A stretch of DNA of 64,000 nt from Phenylobacterium sp. (GTDB lineage Bacteria; Pseudomonadota; Alphaproteobacteria; Caulobacterales; Caulobacteraceae), in the NCBI RefSeq assembly GCF_016124325.1, contig NZ_WGNY01000026.1:4204-68203 (forward strand). Reading direction: 5' to 3'. The stretch's first letter is position 1. Each line of letters opens with the position of its first letter. The notes beneath the pieces are model-generated. The model did no database searches. It was not told the origin of the DNA and worked only from the letters and a program-made list of their open reading frames with translations. Below are positions 9,364-18,264 of this stretch, in pieces. Made by a program: the position numbers and the translations under genes.

Positions 9364-9842
9364 GGCGACGGCGTCACCGTCGCGCACTGGCGCGCGCCGA
9401 AGTCCTTCGGCGGTGCGGGATCGTCCTCGGTCACCTGGCGGTTGAAGGTGAAGCTGGCCAGCAGGGGCGGCTCCTCCTCGGAGAAGACGTCGGCCGGGGT
9501 GGCGTGGATCTCGACGACGACGTCGATCTCGCCGGGCGGCGTGAGGTTGGTCCCGAAGCTCCAGGGCTTGTCGGGCTCGCCCGCGCTCAGGACGAACGTG
9601 CCCTTGCTGGGCGAATGGGCGCGGGAGCCGTCGCCGACGATGCCCTTGCCCTTGATCATGTAATAGAAGTCGAAGTCGGTGTTGGCTTCGAACCACAGGG
9701 CCAGCCCGTGATAGTCGTCGTCGTCCAGCGTCTCGACCAGCCAGGCGCAGACGCGGACCGGCGCGGCGGCGGCCGGCTGGCCCAGCCCGGCCAGCGAGAG
9801 CCCGGCGGCAAGCGCCAGGCCCCAATGGAATCCTCGGTTCAT
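9360..9842 (-). CDS. secreted hypothetical protein
   Basis: ATG at 9842 with a GGGGAGG RBS. Signal peptide MNRGFHWGLALAAGLSLAGLGQPAAAAP. 160 aa. It is the C-terminal part of track ORF 9360..11099, whose upstream part is a shadow. Confidence 0.6.
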   Translation of the reverse strand: MNRGFHWGLALAAGLSLAGLGQPAAAAPVRVCAWLVETLDDDDYHGLALWFEANTDFDFYYMIKGKGIVGDGSRAHSPSKGTFVLSAGEPDKPWSFGTNLTPPGEIDVVVEIHATPADVFSEEEPPLLASFTFNRQVTEDDPAPPKDFGARQCATVTPSP

Positions 9843-9950
9843 CTGCGCCTCCCCCGGCCGGATCGAGCGAACCCTATCCTCGCGCGGCCGCGTTGCGGAA
9901 GCGGCGACGGAATGGGTTCGTCGGACATACGTTTTTGCTAGCTTGGTCGG

Positions 9951-10904
9951 ATGTTGCTTCGCCTCGCGTTCGCCGCCGCCACAGCCTTCATGGCGGCCCT
10001 GCCGGCCTTCGCCGCCGAGCCGCCCACCCAGACCGCCGGAGGCCTGACGCTGGTGGACCTGACCCCGATGTTCGCCGAGACCTTCGACCGGACGGCCGGG
10101 CTGGACGAGGCGGCGCGGGCAGCCGCCTTCAAGGCGCAATTCGCCCAGGCCCTGCCCGGCTTCTACGACGAGGTGCGGTTCAAGGGCTCGGCCGAGCGCT
10201 TCCAGAAGCAGATGTCCCGGGGGCTGGCGGCGTTTCCCGACCAGCGCGCCGGGATCGCCCAGGTGAGCGCCCGCTTCGGCGAGATGTTCCGCCCGGCGCT
10301 CGCCAGCTTCGAGAGCGAGTTCGGGCCGATGGAGGGCTATCCGCCGATCTTCCTCGTGGACAGCCTGGGCGAGTTCGACGGCGGCACCCGCGACCTGGCC
10401 GACGGCAACCACCTGATGTTCGGCGCCGACGTCATCGCCCGCCTGCACCTTGGCCACCGCATCCAGCCGTTCTTCCATCACGAGCTGTTCCACATCTATC
10501 ACGGCCGCCGCTTCCCGGAGTGCGACCAGGTCTGGTGCGGGCTCTGGGCCGAGGGTCTCGCGGTCTATGTGGCCCAGAGCCTCAACCCGGACGCCACGGA
10601 CGACGAGCTTCTGCTGACCTTCCCCGAGCCGATCCGCCCCGCCGTGGAGAAGGATCGCAAGGCCGCGGTCTGCGCCGTAGCCGCGCGGCTCGACTCGCGG
10701 TCGGAGGACGACCTGAACGCGCTCTTCAGCATGGGGCGGCTGAGCGCGGGACTGCCGCCGCGCTTCGGCTACTATGTCGGCTATCTGGTCGCCCGCGAGC
10801 AGGGCCGGACCCACACATTGAAGGCGCTGGCGGCGATGCCCGCGGAAGAGGTTCGTCCCATGCTGCAGGCCACGCTCGCGACGCTCGCGGGCGGATGCGA
10901 CTGA
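9951..10904 (+). CDS. putative secreted zinc metallopeptidase (HExxH; DUF2268-like)
   Basis: 317 aa with signal peptide (...ALPAFAAEP). HHELFHIYH contains HExxH. Confidence 0.55.
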   Translation: MLLRLAFAAATAFMAALPAFAAEPPTQTAGGLTLVDLTPMFAETFDRTAGLDEAARAAAFKAQFAQALPGFYDEVRFKGSAERFQKQMSRGLAAFPDQRAGIAQVSARFGEMFRPALASFESEFGPMEGYPPIFLVDSLGEFDGGTRDLADGNHLMFGADVIARLHLGHRIQPFFHHELFHIYHGRRFPECDQVWCGLWAEGLAVYVAQSLNPDATDDELLLTFPEPIRPAVEKDRKAAVCAVAARLDSRSEDDLNALFSMGRLSAGLPPRFGYYVGYLVAREQGRTHTLKALAAMPAEEVRPMLQATLATLAGGCD

Positions 10905-10911
10905 ACAGTCC

Positions 10912-12123
10912 ATGCTGATCCTCGCAGCGGCGCTGGCCGTGGCCGTCGCCGTGATCGCCGCCCTCAACGTGGGGCCCATCCAGCGCTCGAAGTCGTGGGA
11001 GGCGACGGTCACGCCGCTGGCCTCGATCATCGGCAGCGGCTTCCTGATCTGCGGCCCCCTTCTCGCGCGAGAGTTCGGCGGGGCCGCGGCGCCGGCCATG
11101 GGCGTGCTGCTGCTGCTGGCCTACGGCCTGGGCGCGGTGGTGCGGTTCAACATCCGTCGACTGGAGCCCCTGCTCGCGGACCTGCCGCCGCGCGACCCGA
11201 TCGCCTGGACGGCGCGGTTCACCCAGGCGGTGCTGGCGGCCGCCTACGCCGTGTCGGTGGCCTATTACCTGAAGCTCCTCGCCGAGTTCGCCCTGCGGCC
11301 CTTCGCCCTGGGACCGGACCTCCAGGCCCTGGCCTCGCGCGGGCTGGTGACCGCGCTGGTGGGGATGTTCGTGGTCCTGGCGCTGAGCGGCGGGCTTCAC
11401 CGCATGGAGCGGCTGGCGCACATGACGGTGTCGCTGAAGCTGGGCGTGATCGCGGGCATGTTCGTGGCCCTGGCGCTCAGCTGGATCACCGCCGCGGCGC
11501 CGCCGGGCCTGCCGCCGCTGAAGGTGTCCGTCCAGAGCCTCCCGATGCTGCTCGGGCTGTTGATCACCGTCCAGGGGTTCGAGACATCACGCTACATGGG
11601 CGAGGCGTACGGCCCGGAAGTGCGCCGCCGCGCCATGCGCCACGCCCAATGGATCTCGTCGGCGATCTACATGGTGTTCCTGGTCCTGCTGACGCCGTTC
11701 CTCGGCCGCGCAGCCCAGACCGAGGGCGTGGCCGGCATCCTCGACATCATGGCGCTGACCGCCCCGCTGATGGGCGGCGTGGTGATGACCGGCGCGCTCG
11801 CCAGCCAGCTCAGCGCCGCCACCGCCGACTCGATCGGCTCGGCGGGCCTGGCGAGCGAACTCAGCGAGAAGCGCCTGTCGCTGAAGATGGGGTTCGTCGC
11901 CTCGGCGGCCCTGACCGTCGCCGTCGTCTGGCTCACCGATCCGTTCGAGGTGGTGGCCGCCGCCTCGCGCGCGTTCGGCGCGTTCTACATGCTGCAGTGC
12001 GTGCTGGCGGTGATGGCCGCCCGCCGAACCGGCGCGGCCGGCTGGCCCGCCCAGGTCGGCATGGCCGCCCTGGGCGCGGCGGCGCTGGCGGCCGCCCTCG
12101 CAGGCGCGCCGGCCGGAGGCTAG
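10912..12123 (+). CDS. polytopic membrane protein, transporter-like (about 11 TM)
   Basis: 403 aa and hydrophobic throughout. It starts 8 nt after the preceding gene. No family is recognised with confidence. Confidence 0.55.
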   Translation: MLILAAALAVAVAVIAALNVGPIQRSKSWEATVTPLASIIGSGFLICGPLLAREFGGAAAPAMGVLLLLAYGLGAVVRFNIRRLEPLLADLPPRDPIAWTARFTQAVLAAAYAVSVAYYLKLLAEFALRPFALGPDLQALASRGLVTALVGMFVVLALSGGLHRMERLAHMTVSLKLGVIAGMFVALALSWITAAAPPGLPPLKVSVQSLPMLLGLLITVQGFETSRYMGEAYGPEVRRRAMRHAQWISSAIYMVFLVLLTPFLGRAAQTEGVAGILDIMALTAPLMGGVVMTGALASQLSAATADSIGSAGLASELSEKRLSLKMGFVASAALTVAVVWLTDPFEVVAAASRAFGAFYMLQCVLAVMAARRTGAAGWPAQVGMAALGAAALAAALAGAPAGG

Positions 12124-12147
12124 GCCGCCTCCGGCGCCGGCCTTCCG

Positions 12148-12372
12148 TCAGTGCGACGGGGCCGAGGACAGGTCCTTCAGCGACATCGCCGCCGGGCCCT
12201 CGGGCTCTGCCTTGGCGATCGGCTCGGCTCCCATGGCCTTCATGCCGTCCGGCGTGGACTCCGAGACCTGGGTCTCGGGATCGGCGGCGGCGTCGACCAC
12301 TGGGGCGTTGCGCGGCTGGCATGCGCCGAGCGCGAGCGCGGCGAGGGCGGGAGCGAGAAGAAGGGTTCGCAT
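12148..12372 (-). CDS. small lipoprotein
   Basis: MRTLLLAPALAALALGAC carries the lipobox LGAC. ATG at 12372 (a TTG at 12390 is also in frame). Confidence 0.55.
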   Translation of the reverse strand: MRTLLLAPALAALALGACQPRNAPVVDAAADPETQVSESTPDGMKAMGAEPIAKAEPEGPAAMSLKDLSSAPSH

Positions 12373-12386
12373 GCGGGTCTTGGTCC

Positions 12387-12932
12387 TCAAGCCGCGTGGG
12401 TCTGGGGGCTTACGCCGGAGACGGCGCGCAGAGCATCGCGCACCTCGTCGACGGTTTCCAGCATTCGCACGCCCTTGTGGATCAGGGCGGCGGGCGACGG
12501 GTTGGCCGGCGCATCATAGCCGGCCGCCTGAAGCGCGCGCGACACGCTCTCGCCGAACGCCAGCACCGGCACGTCGGCCGCGTGCGCCGTGTTGACCAGC
12601 TTGTCGAAACCGCTGACCGATTCCGGCGAGCGCACCTCGCCGTTGCCGGGCGCCACGATGGCGGCCAGGCCGCCGGCCGCGATGTCCTGGACCCCGGCGG
12701 TCGGAAGCACCGTCACCGACGAATGCTGCGGCCCCGGGCGCTCGACCGGCTTGCCGTCGGCGGTCATGGGCGCGAGCGTGAGGCCCTCGTCCGTCATGAG
12801 CGTCTCGACGTCGCCCAGGCCGCCGAAGTCCATCTGGCGCGACATCAGGAGGCCGGCGCGGACGCGCGGGCCGCGCGAAAAGCGGTCGCCGGGGGCCTGA
12901 CGGTTGTTGGAGCGTTGCGGGCGGGGTCTCAT
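12387..12932 (-). CDS. DJ-1/PfpI-like (class I glutamine amidotransferase-like fold) protein lacking the nucleophile Cys
   Basis: The block AAIVAPGNG...FDKLVNTAHAADVPVLAFGESVSRALQAAGYD resembles the DJ-1/PfpI core, but the elbow reads AFGES instead of AIC. The start is uncertain (internal MSRQMDF is possible). Confidence 0.35.
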   Translation of the reverse strand: MRPRPQRSNNRQAPGDRFSRGPRVRAGLLMSRQMDFGGLGDVETLMTDEGLTLAPMTADGKPVERPGPQHSSVTVLPTAGVQDIAAGGLAAIVAPGNGEVRSPESVSGFDKLVNTAHAADVPVLAFGESVSRALQAAGYDAPANPSPAALIHKGVRMLETVDEVRDALRAVSGVSPQTHAA

Positions 12933-13075
12933 GGGCGGTCATCCTTTCGCTTCGATACAGACAAGTCTTGCAGCCGGGCCGCGATCGTAAGAGCGCAAGG
13001 AAGACAGTATTCGGAGGTAGCTCCTTCTGATGTCCGATCGTAGGGATTGGATATCAACTGCAATACGCCCGTAAT

Positions 13076-13118
13076 TGCAAAACGAAGCGGCCGCCGCTCG
13101 CGGCGCGAGCGCGGGGCC
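13076..13118 (-). terminator. intrinsic terminator downstream of the crp-dsbA operon
   Basis: On the minus strand, a GC-rich imperfect hairpin GGCCCCGCGCTCGC-GCC-GCGAGCGGCGGCC (13087..13118) is followed by TTCGTTTTGCAATT. The plus strand also shows CATTCATTTTCT after the hairpin, so it may act in both directions. Confidence 0.5.
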
Positions 13119-13196
13119 GACATTCATTTTCTGCTGCAACGGGTCTTATGTCACAGGGCGGCGGAGCTGTCCACACTGCATCGCATCACGAGCCTG

Positions 13197-13919
13197 TCAG
13201 GTCGGTGATCTTGGCGGGCCGGCGCGGCGGGCCTTTTCCACGGCATGGCGGAGGCGCCGATCGTCGAGGCCGCCTTCCAGGCGGTAGGGGCCGACGAGAT
13301 AGGAGGGCGTCCCCCGAAGGCCGAGGCCGAAGGCCTGCAGGGCGTGGCCCGACAGCTGGGCGTCGATGTCGCGCGCGTGGGCCGTCCGGTCCGCGGCGAG
13401 GCGGGCCGGGTCGGCGCCGGCCGAGGCCGCGATCGCGTCGATGCGCGCGGGATCGAGGGCGCCGCGGGCCGCCATCAGGGCGGCGTGGACCTCGCGGTAC
13501 CGGCCCTGCCAGGCGGCGGCCAGGGCCGTGCGGGCGGCGTAGTCCGACATCGGCCCCCGGATCGGCCAGTCCTTCCAGATCACCCGCACGGTCGGATCGG
13601 CGCCGAGCAGCCGGCCCAGCGCGGGATCGGTGCTCTTGCAGATCGGGCACTGGTAGTCGGTGAAGACCACCACCGTGACCTCCGGCGCGGCGGCGCCCGA
13701 GGCCGGCGAGCCGGGGTCGCGCAAGACCTTGGCCACCACCGGGGTCAGCTCGAGCCGCTTGCCGTCCTGCGGCAGCCATCGGAGGCCCACGGAAACGGCC
13801 AGTCCCGCCGCCACGGCGACGGCCAGCAGCGCCCGCGGATGTCGCGCGAAAAAGCCCACGGCGATCCGATGCCGCCGAAATCGGCCCGGAGCAAGGCGGC
13901 GCGGCGCAAGGCCGCTCAC
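13197..13919 (-). CDS. DsbA-family thiol:disulfide oxidoreductase, membrane-anchored
   Basis: 240 aa with an N-terminal TM anchor and the thioredoxin-fold active site FTDYQCPICK (CxxC). The GTG start overlaps the upstream Crp stop (GTGA at 13916..13919). Confidence 0.85.
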   Translation of the reverse strand: MSGLAPRRLAPGRFRRHRIAVGFFARHPRALLAVAVAAGLAVSVGLRWLPQDGKRLELTPVVAKVLRDPGSPASGAAAPEVTVVVFTDYQCPICKSTDPALGRLLGADPTVRVIWKDWPIRGPMSDYAARTALAAAWQGRYREVHAALMAARGALDPARIDAIAASAGADPARLAADRTAHARDIDAQLSGHALQAFGLGLRGTPSYLVGPYRLEGGLDDRRLRHAVEKARRAGPPRSPT

Positions 13920-14599
13920 GCCTCGGCGATGCGCCTCAGGCCGCGGGGATCGATGACGGCGAGGCCGCCGTAGGCGCGGCGGATCAGGCCGCGACGTTCG
14001 AAGTCGGCCAGGTGGGCGTTGGCCGCCTTGCGCGAGAGCCCCACCATCTCGCCGAGCGCCTGCTGGGTGAGCCGCAGGGTCTGGGGCGGCGGCGCGCCCC
14101 GGGCCAGGAGCTCGATGCGGGCCGCCAGCCGCTGGCGCGGCGACAGGGCCGCGGCCTCGGCCACGAGCTGCAGCAGGTTGCGCAGCTGGAGGTAGAGCAG
14201 CGCCGCCACCGCCTCCCAGATGCGCGGCGCGGCCTGGGCGATGCGACCGAGCGCGCGGTCCGACACCTGGAGCAGGCGGCTATCCTCCTGGCAGATCACG
14301 GTGACGAGACGCGGCCCGCCGCCGAAGCGGGTGGTCTGGCCGATGGCGACGCCGGGGCCCGCCTGGCCGATCAGCACCTCGCGGTCTCCGGGCGCCTTGC
14401 AAAGCATCTGGACCGAGCCGGAAAGGACCACCAGCACGCCGGCCTCGTCGTCGCCCTCGGCCTGCGCCCACTGGCCGACCGACAGGCGCAGGATGCGCGC
14501 GTTGGCCAGGATCGGCCCAATGAGGTCTTCGCGGCCCTGCCCGAGCCAGGCGGCGCCGCAGAGCGCGGCCAGCGTCAGGGCGCGATCTTCGGAATCCAT
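13916..14599 (-). CDS. Crp/Fnr family transcriptional regulator
   Basis: 227 aa with a cNMP-binding-like N-terminal beta-barrel region and a C-terminal HTH (LTQQALGEMVGLSRKAANAHLADFERRGLI). Confidence 0.85.
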   Translation of the reverse strand: MDSEDRALTLAALCGAAWLGQGREDLIGPILANARILRLSVGQWAQAEGDDEAGVLVVLSGSVQMLCKAPGDREVLIGQAGPGVAIGQTTRFGGGPRLVTVICQEDSRLLQVSDRALGRIAQAAPRIWEAVAALLYLQLRNLLQLVAEAAALSPRQRLAARIELLARGAPPPQTLRLTQQALGEMVGLSRKAANAHLADFERRGLIRRAYGGLAVIDPRGLRRIAEA

Positions 14600-14673
14600 C
14601 CCGGAAATGTAACGACTGGGACAATCGGGGCCAAGACGGCGCGTAGGATCGCCGCAAACAACGGGAGGAGCCG

Positions 14674-15507
14674 ATGCTGGCGTCGGTGCTGGATATCGAA
14701 CGGCTGGACGGCTGCGGCGTCCGCATCCGCGGGCTGGACGCCAAGGCGGCGTCGGACGCCGAGATCGACGCGCTGCGGACGGCGATCTTCGACCGCGGGG
14801 TCGTGTTCCTGGAGGATCAGGCCCTGGCGCCCGAGGACCAGATCGCCTTCGCCCGGCGGATCGCGCCCATCGTGGTCAACCGCTATTTCCCCAAGACCGA
14901 GCGCTATCCCGAGATCGCCAAGGTGGAGAAGTCGGAAGCCCAGACCACCAACATCGGCGGCGGCTGGCACACCGACCACAGCTATGACGCGGCCCCGGCC
15001 ATGGGTTCGGTGCTGCTGGCGGTGGAGACCCCGCCCAGCGGCGGCGACACCCAGTTCGCCGACATGTACGCCGCCTACGAGGCGCTGTCGGACGGCTTCA
15101 AGGCGATGCTGTCGACGCTGAAGGCGCATCACGCCTCGGCCCATGTGTTCGGCGCCGGAAGCGGCTATGCGAACACCGATCGCAAGGAGCTGTCGGGCCA
15201 CGCCGACACGCCCGAGGCCATCCATCCGGTGGTGATCACCCACCCCGGCAGCGGACGGAAGGCGCTGTACGTCAATCCGGCCTTCACCACCGGGATCATC
15301 GGCTGGAGCCCGGCCGAGAGCGAGGCGCTGCTGAGCTTCCTCTACCAGCACGCAGTGCAGCCGCAGTTTGTTCACCGCTTCTCGTGGCGCCCCGGTTCGA
15401 TGGCGATCTGGGACAACCGCTGCACCTGGCACTACGCGATGAACGACTATCACGGCCATCGGCGGCTGATGCACCGGATCACCCTGGACGGGGTTCCGCT
15501 CGCCTAG
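14674..15507 (+). CDS. TauD/TfdA family Fe(II)/2-oxoglutarate dioxygenase
   Basis: 277 aa with WHTDHSYD (HxD facial triad), a distal His region and WDNRCTWHYA. Confidence 0.9.
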   Translation: MLASVLDIERLDGCGVRIRGLDAKAASDAEIDALRTAIFDRGVVFLEDQALAPEDQIAFARRIAPIVVNRYFPKTERYPEIAKVEKSEAQTTNIGGGWHTDHSYDAAPAMGSVLLAVETPPSGGDTQFADMYAAYEALSDGFKAMLSTLKAHHASAHVFGAGSGYANTDRKELSGHADTPEAIHPVVITHPGSGRKALYVNPAFTTGIIGWSPAESEALLSFLYQHAVQPQFVHRFSWRPGSMAIWDNRCTWHYAMNDYHGHRRLMHRITLDGVPLA

Positions 15508-15827
15508 GAGGCGGTCTGCCGCGGCAGACGCCGGCCTGGCGCATCGCGACGCACCGGCGTGCACGCCGACGCGCCTTCCCCCATGGCGGCCCGCCGCGCA
15601 GGATCATCGGGCGACGACGGACAGGCCGTTCGACCCGACGAAGCGTTCCCCCGAGCGCAGGGTCGCGCGGCGCCGCGCCTTGCCCAGTCGGTCCTCGCCT
15701 GGCGCAAGGCCGGAAACCAGCCCCTCCGGTCGCGCGCCGGAGGGGCCATCTTCGCGCCGAAACGCATCGCATGCCTGAGGAGCGGCCCTCGCCGCGGCGT
15801 CATCCCAGCGAACCAGGGAGCGCAGCG

Positions 15828-16295
15828 ATGGTCAGGACGGGAGCGGCCGGCGCGGCCGCGGTGATGGCGATGCTGGCGGCGGGCGGCCCCGCCCGGGCCG
15901 GCGCCTACGACGGCAGCGTGATCGCCGAGGTCGGGGGAGCCGGACTCGTCGCCGACGCGGCCAAGGCGGCGCGAACGGACGTCCCGCTTCCGTGGCGGAT
16001 CGACAGCGCCACGGCCTACGGCCTCGGATACGCCATCCCCCCAGCTCCGCGCGCATCGTTCGTCCTCGCCGCGCCGGGACGAAAGCGCGACCGCTACGGC
16101 GCGGGATTCGGCCGATCGGCGGCGGTGGGCGCGCCCGCACTGCCCGACGAGCGGGCCTGGTACAGCGGCCAGCCCGGCGCCGCGACGCTCGACGGCCTGT
16201 CGCTGAAGTTCACCCACCCCGACAACGCGATCGTGCGCGAGCTGCCCTGGGCGCACCGACGCGGCCTGCGCCTGTCGCTCACGGCGCAGTTCTGA
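15828..16295 (+). CDS. secreted hypothetical protein (possible small outer-membrane protein, C-terminal Phe)
   Basis: ATG at 15828 with an AGGGAG RBS (15815..15820). Signal peptide MVRTGAAGAAAVMAMLAAGGPARAGA. The protein ends ...LSLTAQF. Confidence 0.5.
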   Translation: MVRTGAAGAAAVMAMLAAGGPARAGAYDGSVIAEVGGAGLVADAAKAARTDVPLPWRIDSATAYGLGYAIPPAPRASFVLAAPGRKRDRYGAGFGRSAAVGAPALPDERAWYSGQPGAATLDGLSLKFTHPDNAIVRELPWAHRRGLRLSLTAQF

Positions 16296-16298
16296 GCC

Positions 16299-17948
16299 TC
16301 AGGGCGCGCTGTAGACGACCTGGCCGTCGACGATCGTCAGCACGGCGTGGGTCTTGAGGATCTCGGCTTCCGGAATGGTCATCAGGTCGGCCGAGAAGGC
16401 CGAGAGGTCGGCGCGCTTGCCCACCTCCAGCGTGCCCAGGTCGTCCTCGGCGAAGCGGGCCCAGGCGGACTTCGAGGTGAAGAGGGCGAGCGCCTCGTCG
16501 CGGCTCAGCCGCTGTTCCGGATGCCAGCCGGGGCCGGAGAAGCCCTTCAGGTCCTTGCGCGCGACGGCCGCGTAGAACTCGATCCGCGGGTCGCCCCGCT
16601 CGACCGGGGCGTCGGAGCCGCCGACCACCACCGCGCCGGAATCGATCAGGCTCTTCCACGCATAGGCGCCGGCCAGGCGCGCCATGCCCAGGCGGGCGGG
16701 GGCGAAGTGCAGGTCGCCGATGGCGTGGCTGGGCTGCATGGAGGCGACCACGCCCAGTTCGGCGAAACGCGGGATGTCGGCCAGGCGCAGGGTCTGGGAA
16801 TGCTCGATGCGCCAGCGCAGACCCTGGGGCTTCTGCTCGGCGTAGAGGTCCAGCACATTGGCGTTGCCCCGGTCGCCGATGGCGTGGGTGGCCACCTGGA
16901 TCCCGGCGGCCTTGGCCTGGGCCATGGTCTTGCGCATCACCTCGGGCGGCGTGCGGACCAGGCCGGTCGTGCCGGGGGCGTCGTCGTAGGGCGCGAACAG
17001 GGCCGCGCCGCGCGAGCCCAGCGCGCCGTCCTCGTAGAGCTTGATGGCCCGGGTGGTGATCCGGCCGTCCGGCGTGGCGCGCGGGCCGCCCGCGAACAGC
17101 GGCCCGGCCTGGTCGGCGTCGACGGCGTTGTAGACCCGCAGCGGGGTCTTGCCCTCGGCGTCGAGGGCTTCCAGCAGCAGCACGTCGTCCCAGGAGACGC
17201 TCATGGCGTGAACGCCGGTCCAGCCGTAGGCGGTCTCGACCCGGAAGGCGGCGTCGAAGGCGGCCCGACGGTCGGCCTCGGTCGGCTTCTCGCGCAGGCT
17301 GGCGACAAGGCGCTGGGCGTTGTCGACCAGCATGCCGGTGAGCCGGCCCTGCGGGTCCTTCAGGATGGCTCCGCCGGCCGGCGCGAGGGTGGATTCGTCG
17401 ATGTGCGCGGCCTTCAGCGCGGCGGTGTTGGCCACCAGCGCGTGGCCGTCGGCGCGGACCAGCAGCACGGGGATGTCGGGGCTGAAGGCGTCGACGTCGG
17501 AACGGTCGAGGAAGCGGCCCTCGGGCCAGCCGGTCTCGATCCAGCCACGGCCCCAGACCGGCCCCTGCGGCTTGCGCGCTTCGATGTAGGCCTTCACCCG
17601 CGCCGCGGCCTCGGCGGCCGAACTGGAGCCTTCGAGATTCAGGCTGAGCTCCCGCTCGCCGATCCCGCGCAGGTGGGCGTGGCTGTCGGTGAAGCCGGGG
17701 AAGAGGGCCGCGCCCTTCAGGTCGATCACCTGCGTCTTCGGGCCGACGCGGGCCTGGGCTCCTGCCTTGGCGCCCACATAGGCGATGCGGCCGTCCTTGA
17801 CGGCGACGGCCTCGACCTTGGCCGGCGTGGCGGCGGTGTAGACGGGCCCGCCCCAGATCACGAGGTCGGCGGGCGGTTCGGCCGCGGCGGCGGATCCGGC
17901 GAGGACGAAGGCGGCGGCGAACGCGAGGGCGGCTTTCATGGCGGCCAA
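16299..17948 (-). CDS. amidohydrolase family protein (amidohydrolase_3 / YtcJ-like), exported
   Basis: 549 aa with a signal peptide. Motifs: GFTDSHAHL (HxH), ATHAIGD, GGSDAPVE. Confidence 0.85.
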   Translation of the reverse strand: MAAMKAALAFAAAFVLAGSAAAAEPPADLVIWGGPVYTAATPAKVEAVAVKDGRIAYVGAKAGAQARVGPKTQVIDLKGAALFPGFTDSHAHLRGIGERELSLNLEGSSSAAEAAARVKAYIEARKPQGPVWGRGWIETGWPEGRFLDRSDVDAFSPDIPVLLVRADGHALVANTAALKAAHIDESTLAPAGGAILKDPQGRLTGMLVDNAQRLVASLREKPTEADRRAAFDAAFRVETAYGWTGVHAMSVSWDDVLLLEALDAEGKTPLRVYNAVDADQAGPLFAGGPRATPDGRITTRAIKLYEDGALGSRGAALFAPYDDAPGTTGLVRTPPEVMRKTMAQAKAAGIQVATHAIGDRGNANVLDLYAEQKPQGLRWRIEHSQTLRLADIPRFAELGVVASMQPSHAIGDLHFAPARLGMARLAGAYAWKSLIDSGAVVVGGSDAPVERGDPRIEFYAAVARKDLKGFSGPGWHPEQRLSRDEALALFTSKSAWARFAEDDLGTLEVGKRADLSAFSADLMTIPEAEILKTHAVLTIVDGQVVYSAP

Positions 17949-17995
17949 GCTAGCGGTCGAACCCCATCGCAGCCAGTCTTCCGGGCGCGATCAGC

Positions 17996-18172
17996 TCAGT
18001 GGCCGCCCTCGCCGCCCAAGGCATGCTCATAGACGGCCTTGGCGGTGCCCGCGATGGTGCTGGCGGCGGTGCGCAGGGCGGCCTCGCCCACCAGCGTGTC
18101 GGCCGTCTCGGACAGGGCCATCAGCTCCTCGGCCACGGCCGCCAGCTTCAGATAGACATCCCGATCGGTCAT
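17996..18172 (-). CDS. small hypothetical protein (58 aa), absent from the ORF track
   Basis: MTDRDVYLKLAAVAEELMALSETADTLVGEAALRTAASTIAGTAKAVYEHALGGEGGH. GGGAG lies 8 nt upstream of the ATG (18172). 53 of 58 codons end in G/C. Confidence 0.45.
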   Translation of the reverse strand: MTDRDVYLKLAAVAEELMALSETADTLVGEAALRTAASTIAGTAKAVYEHALGGEGGH

Positions 18173-18264
18173 GGACGACGCTCCCGCAGCGCGCGCCGCG
18201 GAGGCGCCGTCCCTGGTTGGGGCAGACCGGGCCCGGGTTCAAGCCGCGATCGGCAGGCCCACGA

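Noticed and set aside
9360-9842. Resemblance of the 160-aa secreted protein to CsgC/CsgH-type curli chaperones
   Set aside because: The similarity is only a vague one in size and beta-rich pattern. No csgA/B/F/G genes are in the window, so the call is not supportable without a profile search.
10995-13043. 682-aa plus-strand ORF spanning several genes
   Set aside because: Its composition is Arg/Gly/Pro-rich and it crosses three independently supported genes on both strands.
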